From the NCBI GenBank assembly GCA_049323935.1, contig JBMONN010000004.1:16486-80485 (forward strand): 64,000 bases of DNA, read 5' to 3'. Both the position numbers and the translations under genes were made by a program. This DNA is from Thermodesulfobacteriota bacterium. Its GTDB lineage: Bacteria > Desulfobacterota > Desulfobulbia > Desulfobulbales > SURF-16. Shown one piece after another: positions 41,825-48,629 of the stretch (its first letter is position 1; each line of letters starts with the position of its first letter). The notes under the pieces are model-generated. The model did not search any database. It was not told where the DNA came from and saw only the letters and a program-made list of their open reading frames with translations.

Positions 41825-43828
41825 TTACCGGCAGGCCCGGTTCTTGGCGCAGTTCGGATCGGCACAGTCGATGAGGCCGTCGCCGTCGTTATCGAGTCCG
41901 TCATTACAGACCTCATCCTTGAGGCAGTTGAGGGCGCCGGCGCAATCCGGATCAGCGCAGTCGATGAGGTTGTCGAGATCGTTGTCGATAGTGTCGGAGC
42001 AGTTCTCGACATAGACGCCGGTGCAGTTCGGGGCATCGAGACAGTTCTGATCGTTGCAGTCGATCAGGTAATCGCCGTCGTTGTCGATGCCGTCGGTGCA
42101 GACCTCGGCGCCGGTCTCGCAGCCGCCTTCACCGAGGCAGTCGGGATCGTGGCAATCAACATAGCCGTCGTCGTCGTTGTCGAGTTCGTCGCCGCAGGCC
42201 GTTTCCGGACACCAGGTGCCGGAGCAGTCGCCAATGTCGGCGCAATCGATCAGTCCATCGCCGTCATTGTCGATGCCGTCGGCGCACAGCTCGGTCTGGA
42301 TCGTGGCGGCAGGATCTTCATATTCGATATGAAGCACCGCGTTGTAAACCACGGTGGGCCGGTACTCGCCTTTGATAAAGAGGGCAAGATCGAGGTCCTG
42401 GGAGAGCGGCATGCCCTCCACATAGGAGATGCCGTCCTGAACCGTGTCGGCCGGATCGTCCGGGTTGAGGTCGAGCAGGGCGTTCCAGTTGGCGCTCCAG
42501 ATGAGCGGCGACGGTCCGTCCTTCCAGTCCAGCAGGTTGACGGTGGTGGTGGTGTCGGTGCCCACCGGATATTTGATGTAATCGGCCTCAAAGGGCAACT
42601 CCATGCAGTCCTCGGTGGGGATTTCAAGCGAGGGGATGTTCTGGCCGAACTTGGAAGACTTCAGCCGGTAGCGCGGTCCTTTGCCGGTAACCGGATCGCT
42701 CTCGTAGGGATCGCGGTCCATCGTGGTGTACCAGGCATTGGAGGTGCCGGTCTGCAGATCGGCCGACCAGCCGCCCGCGTCGTAGTCGCCGTCGCCGTCG
42801 AGATCCACCGGCGGGTTGGCAAGGAGCGGATCCCGGAACAGGGTGCCGGCCGGAATGAAGTCACCATCACCCTCGAAGCAGTCGCGGTCCGAGGTAAGCA
42901 CCCCCAGGGTGTTGATGTAACCCGGCAGCCGGCCGGTGGCGCCCTCGTTTTCGAGATCCTCTGGCCGAATCTGGTCATTGGGGCTGTTTGACACCTTATG
43001 GTTGACGGTGAGGATGGCCTTGGTGACCCGATAGTTGGCGCCCGGCACCTTCCAGGCATCCGGCACATTGAGACGGGCCAGCAGGCGAACCTCACCCGGC
43101 CGTTTGTGGCGGGTGCCCCAGCGGAAGAGGAGTTTGCCGTCATCCTTCTTGGTGACCGCATAATCGCGACCGATGGCGATGTTGATGAGATCCGATTCGT
43201 TTGGTTGGAGATTGAGCGGATCGACCGGGGTGGACGGATCGTCCGGGAAAAAAAGTTCATCCGACAGGGGCTGGCAGACCGTGTCCCACATCGGATCGGT
43301 GTAGAAATAGGGGATCTTCTCCGAACAGGAGAGGATGTGTTCCATCACCACGTACTGCTCGGCGGCGCACTTGACGGTGTCCCCGTTCATGCCGGCGCAG
43401 ACGCTGCCTTTGCGGCCGCCGGTCAGATAGTAGGGGGTATCGACGCTTGAGACAACGACACCGAGCTGGGTGCCCTGCAGATCCACATAGTTGCCGATCC
43501 ATCCTTCCTGGAAGACGCCGTCACGCGGCTTGCGTTCGGCGCCGACAAAATCGGTGACGGTGAAGGAAAAATCGGAATCAATGGGCCAGACCGTCATGCC
43601 GGTGAAGATATCGACATAGGGCTCGTTGCCCGGGCAGGGCAGGCTGGTGCAGATGATCGAATTATCCTGGGCATAGGTGGTGCCGGTAAAGGTGCCCAGG
43701 GTGTCGGTCATGGAAAAGACGTGTTTTTCGGACGCATGCTTTATGATGGCAGCCGAGGCCAGGTCGGCTTGGGCAAAGAGGCCCAGGATTCCGGCGCAGG
43801 CGATGCCGCTGTGTATATGCCACTTCAT
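41825..43828 (-). CDS. Secreted protein: ~500-aa unknown N-terminal domain + 5 Cys/Asp-rich (thrombospondin-type-3-like / MopE-like) repeats (paralog C)
   Basis: Start at MKWHIHSGIACAGILGLFAQADLASA (signal peptide), with AAGGAG 9 nt upstream. C-terminal repeats: CADGIDNDGDGLIDCADIGDC, CGDELDNDDDGYVDCHDPDC, CTDGIDNDGDYLIDCNDQNC, CSDTIDNDLDNLIDCADPDC and CNDGLDNDGDGLIDCADPNC. Confidence 0.8.
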   Translation of the reverse strand: MKWHIHSGIACAGILGLFAQADLASAAIIKHASEKHVFSMTDTLGTFTGTTYAQDNSIICTSLPCPGNEPYVDIFTGMTVWPIDSDFSFTVTDFVGAERKPRDGVFQEGWIGNYVDLQGTQLGVVVSSVDTPYYLTGGRKGSVCAGMNGDTVKCAAEQYVVMEHILSCSEKIPYFYTDPMWDTVCQPLSDELFFPDDPSTPVDPLNLQPNESDLINIAIGRDYAVTKKDDGKLLFRWGTRHKRPGEVRLLARLNVPDAWKVPGANYRVTKAILTVNHKVSNSPNDQIRPEDLENEGATGRLPGYINTLGVLTSDRDCFEGDGDFIPAGTLFRDPLLANPPVDLDGDGDYDAGGWSADLQTGTSNAWYTTMDRDPYESDPVTGKGPRYRLKSSKFGQNIPSLEIPTEDCMELPFEADYIKYPVGTDTTTTVNLLDWKDGPSPLIWSANWNALLDLNPDDPADTVQDGISYVEGMPLSQDLDLALFIKGEYRPTVVYNAVLHIEYEDPAATIQTELCADGIDNDGDGLIDCADIGDCSGTWCPETACGDELDNDDDGYVDCHDPDCLGEGGCETGAEVCTDGIDNDGDYLIDCNDQNCLDAPNCTGVYVENCSDTIDNDLDNLIDCADPDCAGALNCLKDEVCNDGLDNDGDGLIDCADPNCAKNRACR

Positions 43829-43981
43829 TTCTGTTTTCTCCTTCTTCATTTTCGTTGGTCCTGAAGAATGGTTCCGAGTTTTCCCTCCCGGAAAATCTTG
43901 CCTGTCATCCGGCAAGCAATGACGCGGAACCTGCAAGCGAAAAACTCCGTCCTCCCGTGCGCGTTAGATGGGACACATTGT

Positions 43982-43997
43982 GGCAAGGAATGTGCCA
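43982..43997 (-). promoter_or_regulatory. Sigma54 promoter of paralog C
   Basis: The minus strand reads TGGCACATTCCTTGCC, i.e. consensus TGGCAC-N5-TTGC with exact spacing. It lies ~155 nt upstream of the ATG and is embedded in a 10-bp inverted repeat CATTGTGGCA-N7-TGCCACAATG (43975-44001). Confidence 0.7.
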
Positions 43998-44198
43998 CAA
44001 TGTAAATAGAAGGGCGCTGGGGCGCCGCTGCTTGGGGTGGCGGGCAAGGGAAAAGGGATGGGGGGGGAGGGTGCGACAATATGCCGCAGCCGGGAAGGGC
44101 TGCGGGATGGGGGCAAGGGGGCGAAAAGGGCTGGCAGGAAGGGGGGATCGTCAGGAACTGGTCGCCAGTCCGCAAGTTTCTGGCGGGTTGATGATCAA

Positions 44199-44233
44199 TA
44201 AAAAAGGGGAGCCGGTTACGGCTCCCCTTTTTT
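44199..44233 (-). terminator. Rho-independent terminator of paralog D (bidirectional hairpin)
   Basis: AAAAAAA-GGGGAGCCG-GTTA-CGGCTCCCC-TTTTTT, 20 nt after the stop of the 44253 gene on the minus strand. Confidence 0.8.
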
Positions 44234-44252
44234 ATTGGCCGAAGGGGCCTGG

Positions 44253-47192
44253 TTATCTGCGGCTGATAAGTTTGCAGGCCTTGTCCTTGGCGCAGTCGGG
44301 ATCGAGACAGTCGATCAGGCTGTCGCCGTCGTTGTCAAAGGTATCGGTGCACATGCCCTTTTCCGAGGCCGCGCAACCAGGGGCGCCGGCGCAGGCCGGG
44401 TCGGCGCAGTCGATCAGGCCGTTGCCGTTGTTGTCGATGCGATCGTTGCAGATTTCCTGGGTACAGCCGGGCTGGCTGGCGCAATCGGGATCATTGCAGT
44501 CAACCAGGCCGTCACCGTCGTTGTCCACCGCATCGGAGCACAGTTCGGGGGTCGGCAGGCAGAGCGGACTGTTGAAACACTCGGAGTCGGCGCAGTCAAT
44601 GGCGCCGTCGCCGTCGTTGTCGACGCCGTCGCCGCAGTTTTCCGGATTGCAGGCCGGGGTGACGGCGCAGAGCGGGTCGGCGCAGTCGATGATACCGTCG
44701 CCGTTGTTGTCGATGCCGTCGTTGCAGATCTCCGTGGAGCAGACCGGCGCGTCGACACAGTCCGGATCGGCGCAGTCAATGAGGCCGTCATGATCGTTGT
44801 CGAGCTGGTCGCTGCAGTTCTCCGGCAGCTGCTGGCAGTTGATGTCACTGAAGCAGTTGTTGTCGGCGCAGTCGGTGAACCCGTCCCCGTCGTTGTCAAG
44901 GCCGTCGATGCAGTTCAGTTCCGGATTACAGTAGGCAACGGTGGCGCAGTCCGGATCGACGCAGTCCACCATGCCGTTGCCGTCGTTGTCCACCCCGTCG
45001 TAGCAGATCTCGCCGGTGCAGGCGCTGGTGGCCTCGCAGTCCGGATCGGAACAATCGACCAGACCATCGTCGTCGTTGTCAGCTCCGTCGCCGCAGAACT
45101 CCATGGAGTTCAGACAGATCGGCAGATTCTTGCAGTCCGAATCGGCGCAGTCGATGGTCAGGTCACCGTCATTGTCGATCAGGTCGTCACAGATCAGCTC
45201 CGGATTGCAGGCCTGGGCATCTACGCAGTCCGGATCAACGCAGTCGATGAGGCCGTCATTGTCGTTGTCGACGGCATCCGAGCAGTTTTCCGTCACACAG
45301 ATCGGCGCGTCGGCGCAATCCGTATCATTGCAGTCGATGAGGCCGTCGAGATCGTCATCCGTGCCGTTGGAGCAGATTTCGCCGCCCCGGCAGGTGACGA
45401 AGGTCTTGCAGTCCGGGTCCATGCAGTCGATCAGCCCGTCCTGGTCGTCGTCGATGGTGTTGACGCAGTTCTCGTCCGGGAAGCTGCATTCGATGTAATC
45501 GGCGCAGTCGGGATCCTCGCAGTCAACGTAGCCGTCGCCGTCGTTGTCGCTGCCGTCGAAGCAGTACGTTTCCGGACACCAGGCCCCGAAGCAGTCGGTG
45601 TCGGCGCAGTCGATGTAGAGATCATTGTCGTTGTCGATGCCGTCGGTGCAGAGTTCAATCTGCTCTGTCACCGCAGGATCCTCGTACTCGATGAGCAGGG
45701 TGGCGTTGTAGACCACAGTCGGTTTGTAGTCACCCTTGATAAAGACCGCCAGGTCGAAGTCCTGGGTCAGCGGCATTCCTTCCACATAGGAAACGCCGTC
45801 CGGCACCGTGTCGGTGGGATCATAGGGGTTGAGATCGTTGAAATTATTCCAGTTGGCGCTCCAGGCAAGCGGTGAGAGTCCGTCCTTCCAGTCGAGCAGG
45901 TTGATCCTGGTGGTGGTCGGTTCGCCGGCCGGATATTTGAGGTAGTCGTAGGTGATCGGCGGTTCCATGCAGTTGACGGTCGGGATGTCAAGCGACGGCA
46001 GGTTCTGGCCGAACTTGCCGGATTTCAGCCGGTAACGCGGCCCTCTGCCGGTCACCGGGTCCGGCTCGAAGGGATCGCGGTCGGTGGTGGTGTACCAGGC
46101 GTTGGTGGTGCCGGTCTGCAGGTCCGCCGACCAGCCGCCGCCGTCGATGACGCCGTCGCCGTTGCCGTCCACCGGCGGATTTGCCAGGGCCGGATCGCGG
46201 AACAGGGTGCCGGCCGGGATGAAATGACCGTCGCCCTCGAAACAGTCCTTGTCCGAGGTCAGGACGCCCAAGGTGTTGATGTAGCCGGGCAGCCGGCCGG
46301 TGGCCGCCTCATTCTCGAAATCCTCGGGCCTGATCTGGTCGTTGGGGCTGTTCGAGATCTTGTGGTTGACGATCAGCTCTGCCCGGGTGACCCGGTAGTT
46401 GGCGCCGGGCACCTTCCAGGCATTGGGGACCGGGAAGGAGGCGTAAAGCCGCATTTCGCTGGGCCGCTTGTGGAGCGAGCCCCAGCGGAAGAGAAACTTG
46501 CCGTCGTCCTTTTTGGTGATGGAATAGTCACGACCGGTGGCGATGTTGACCAGGTCGGATTCGTTGGTCGCCAGGGTGAAGGGGTCCACCGGGGTGGTCG
46601 GATCGTCCGGCTTGGCGAGCACGTCGGACAGGGGTTGGCAGAGCGACTGCCAGTACGGGTCGGTGTAAAAATAGGGGATCTTTTCCGTGCAGGTGAGGAT
46701 GTGCTCCATCACCGTGTACTGCTCGGCCGAACATTTGGTCTGGGCGCCGCCCAGTCCCGCGCAGATGCTGCCGCGGACGATGCCGGTCTTGAAGGCCGGA
46801 GTCTGGGGGTTGGAAATGACGACGCCGATCAGGCGGCCGTTGGCGTTGATGTAGTCGCCGATCCAGCCGTCATCGTAGATACCGTCGCGGGTTTTGCGCT
46901 CGGCACCGACGAAATCGGTGACGTGGAAGGCGAATTCGGTGTCAACCGGCTGCATGGTAACGCCGGTGAATTTGTCGATAAAGGGTTGCTCGCCGGTGCA
47001 GGTCTCCCCCTCGCAGACAATGGTCGGATCCTGAACGTAGCCGGTGCCGTCGAACTGACCAAGCAGATCGCTTTTGGAAAAGGTGTGCTGCGGTGACTGA
47101 TAGGAAACAACCGCCGCGGATGCAACCGTTCCACCGGCAAAGAGACCCCATAATGCCGCGCAGGCAGCACTGCTGTATATGCGCCACTTCAT
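44253..47192 (-). CDS. Secreted protein: ~500-aa unknown N-terminal domain + 15 Cys/Asp-rich repeats (paralog D)
   Basis: Start at MKWRIYSSAACAALWGLFAGGTVASA, with AAGGAGGA 9 nt upstream. The N-terminal domain is collinear with paralog C, including near-identical stretches (HVTDFVGAERK, NSPNDQIRPED, ATGRLPGYINTLGVLTSD.DCFEGDG). Fifteen repeats of C-x-[DN]-x-x-D-[ND]-[DN]-x-[DN]-x-x-x-D-C-x-D-x-x-C occupy nt 44256-45655. Confidence 0.8.
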   Translation of the reverse strand: MKWRIYSSAACAALWGLFAGGTVASAAVVSYQSPQHTFSKSDLLGQFDGTGYVQDPTIVCEGETCTGEQPFIDKFTGVTMQPVDTEFAFHVTDFVGAERKTRDGIYDDGWIGDYINANGRLIGVVISNPQTPAFKTGIVRGSICAGLGGAQTKCSAEQYTVMEHILTCTEKIPYFYTDPYWQSLCQPLSDVLAKPDDPTTPVDPFTLATNESDLVNIATGRDYSITKKDDGKFLFRWGSLHKRPSEMRLYASFPVPNAWKVPGANYRVTRAELIVNHKISNSPNDQIRPEDFENEAATGRLPGYINTLGVLTSDKDCFEGDGHFIPAGTLFRDPALANPPVDGNGDGVIDGGGWSADLQTGTTNAWYTTTDRDPFEPDPVTGRGPRYRLKSGKFGQNLPSLDIPTVNCMEPPITYDYLKYPAGEPTTTRINLLDWKDGLSPLAWSANWNNFNDLNPYDPTDTVPDGVSYVEGMPLTQDFDLAVFIKGDYKPTVVYNATLLIEYEDPAVTEQIELCTDGIDNDNDLYIDCADTDCFGAWCPETYCFDGSDNDGDGYVDCEDPDCADYIECSFPDENCVNTIDDDQDGLIDCMDPDCKTFVTCRGGEICSNGTDDDLDGLIDCNDTDCADAPICVTENCSDAVDNDNDGLIDCVDPDCVDAQACNPELICDDLIDNDGDLTIDCADSDCKNLPICLNSMEFCGDGADNDDDGLVDCSDPDCEATSACTGEICYDGVDNDGNGMVDCVDPDCATVAYCNPELNCIDGLDNDGDGFTDCADNNCFSDINCQQLPENCSDQLDNDHDGLIDCADPDCVDAPVCSTEICNDGIDNNGDGIIDCADPLCAVTPACNPENCGDGVDNDGDGAIDCADSECFNSPLCLPTPELCSDAVDNDGDGLVDCNDPDCASQPGCTQEICNDRIDNNGNGLIDCADPACAGAPGCAASEKGMCTDTFDNDGDSLIDCLDPDCAKDKACKLISRR

Positions 47193-47274
47193 TTTCTTTC
47201 GTCCTCCTTCGGAATTTTTCATTTGAAAACATGTCGTATCTAACGCGACCGCCGAGAGGACGGTGAAATGTTAA

Positions 47275-47290
47275 AGCATGATTCGTGCCA
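47275..47290 (-). promoter_or_regulatory. Sigma54 promoter of paralog D
   Basis: The minus strand reads TGGCACGAATCATGCT (TGGCAC-N5-ATGC, exact GG-N10-GC spacing), ~85 nt upstream of the ATG at 47192. Confidence 0.6.
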
Positions 47291-47363
47291 CATTGTTGCA
47301 TGGCTGGCGGGGGGAGACTGTCCATCGATTGTCCCAACAGGCTTGATATCGGCTTGACTCCAT

Positions 47364-47379
47364 GCAGGAAAATTTGCCA
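47364..47379. repeat. 16-bp direct repeat GCAGGAAAATTTGCCA, copy 1 (candidate activator site)
   Basis: Perfect repeat of 47424-47439, exactly 60 bp apart. It contains the near-palindrome GGAAAATTTGCC. It lies ~75-165 bp upstream (minus-strand sense) of the sigma54 promoter at 47275-47290. Confidence 0.45.
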
Positions 47380-47423
47380 TACTCAGGGCAGGAACAATCA
47401 CAGGCATATCTGGATGACGTCGC

Positions 47424-47439
47424 GCAGGAAAATTTGCCA
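47424..47439. repeat. 16-bp direct repeat GCAGGAAAATTTGCCA, copy 2
   Basis: See copy 1. A third partial copy, GATTTTGCCA, follows at 47443-47452. Confidence 0.45.
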
Positions 47440-47564
47440 GACGATTTTGCCATGGCCGCCGCCCTCATTCCCTTTTTGCCGGCTTTTCAGGTGTCGGTTT
47501 ATGATACCCCGCCAGAAAGCTGTTTCCGCTTTCGTTCTGGAGTCTCGCCCGTGCAGGAGGTTGC

Positions 47565-48539
47565 ATGCTGACAGGACTTTTTCGTGTTGGTCATTCTGTT
47601 CTCGCTTCCTTCATGATCCTTTTGGGGCTGCTGGCCGGCTGTGCCGGCGATGCCGGCACCCCCCTCCGCGTCGGCACCAACATCTGGATCGGCTATGAAC
47701 CCCTCTATCTGACCCGTCACTTGCAATATCTCGACGAAGATCAAGTCCATCTCGTCGAGTTCACCTCCAATACCGATTCCATCCATGCCTTTCGGCAGGG
47801 GGTGCTGGACGCCGCGGCCCTGACCCTGGACGAGGCGTTCCGGCTGGCCGACCAGGGGGTGGCGTTCCGGATTGTTCTTGTCATGGATATCTCAAGCGGG
47901 GCCGATGTCATCCTCGCCAATCCGGCGATCAGGGATGTGGCCGATCTCCGCGGGCAACGAATCGGGGTGGAGAGTACGGCGGTCGGCGCCTACATGCTGT
48001 CCCGCGCCCTGGAAAAAAGTGGCCTTTCCCTTCAGGATGTCGAGCTGGTCCCCCTGGAGATCACCGAGCATGCGGCTGCCTTTGCCGCAGGCTCGGTCGA
48101 TGCCCTGGTGACCTTTGAGCCGGTGCGGTCGAAACTGCTGCGCCAGGGGGCGCAGCAGCTCTTTGCCAGCAGCGAGATCCCGGACGAGATTGTCGATGTG
48201 CTCATTGTTCGACCCGAGGTGCTCAGCGAGCGGGAAGATGATGTCCGGGAGCTGTTGCGTGGCTGGTTTCGCAGTCTGTCGTACCTCGATCAGCACCATG
48301 ATGAGGCGCTGGCTGCCATGGAACAGCGTATGGGGCTGGACAGCGTCAGCATTGCCGCTAGTCTGGACGGGGTCTTGTTTGCGTCCATTGAAAAAAACAG
48401 GGAGATGCTGGCCGGCGACAATCCACTCCTTGTCAGAAACGGGCGACAACTGCTTGCTCATATGGTGAAAAAAAGAATGATCCGGCAGGAGTTTGCCATC
48501 GAGCCATTGCTGAGCGTCGATCTGCTTCAGGGCTTATGA
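47565..48539 (+). CDS. NMT1/THI5-like (SsuA/TauA-type) periplasmic substrate-binding lipoprotein
   Basis: Lipoprotein signal LLGLLAGCAG. LRVGTNIWIGYEPLYL, DLRGQRIGVESTAVGAYML and DALVTFEP are typical of nitrate/sulfonate/bicarbonate-type binding proteins. Confidence 0.7.
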   Translation: MLTGLFRVGHSVLASFMILLGLLAGCAGDAGTPLRVGTNIWIGYEPLYLTRHLQYLDEDQVHLVEFTSNTDSIHAFRQGVLDAAALTLDEAFRLADQGVAFRIVLVMDISSGADVILANPAIRDVADLRGQRIGVESTAVGAYMLSRALEKSGLSLQDVELVPLEITEHAAAFAAGSVDALVTFEPVRSKLLRQGAQQLFASSEIPDEIVDVLIVRPEVLSEREDDVRELLRGWFRSLSYLDQHHDEALAAMEQRMGLDSVSIAASLDGVLFASIEKNREMLAGDNPLLVRNGRQLLAHMVKKRMIRQEFAIEPLLSVDLLQGL

Positions 48540-48629
48540 GTGCCGGCCCGGACAGGGGCATCGCGCGCCACCACAGCCATTGATCTGCCGGTTTCTCCAT
48601 TAAGACGTTGATGATGTCAGGGTGAAAAC

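Noticed and set aside
44256-45655. Regular ~70-90-nt periodicity that could superficially suggest a CRISPR-like or satellite array
   Set aside because: The periodic units are in-frame protein repeats with variable length and sequence. There are no identical direct repeats separated by unique spacers and no leader.
44235-45875. 546-aa plus-strand Val/Ala/Gly/Asp-rich ORF (and its twin at 41765-42991)
   Set aside because: It is the antisense reading of the Cys/Asp-repeat arrays (GAC/GAT/TGC codons read backwards as GTC/ATC/GCA). The minus-strand reading has a signal peptide, an RBS, a sigma54 promoter and a coherent repeat motif.
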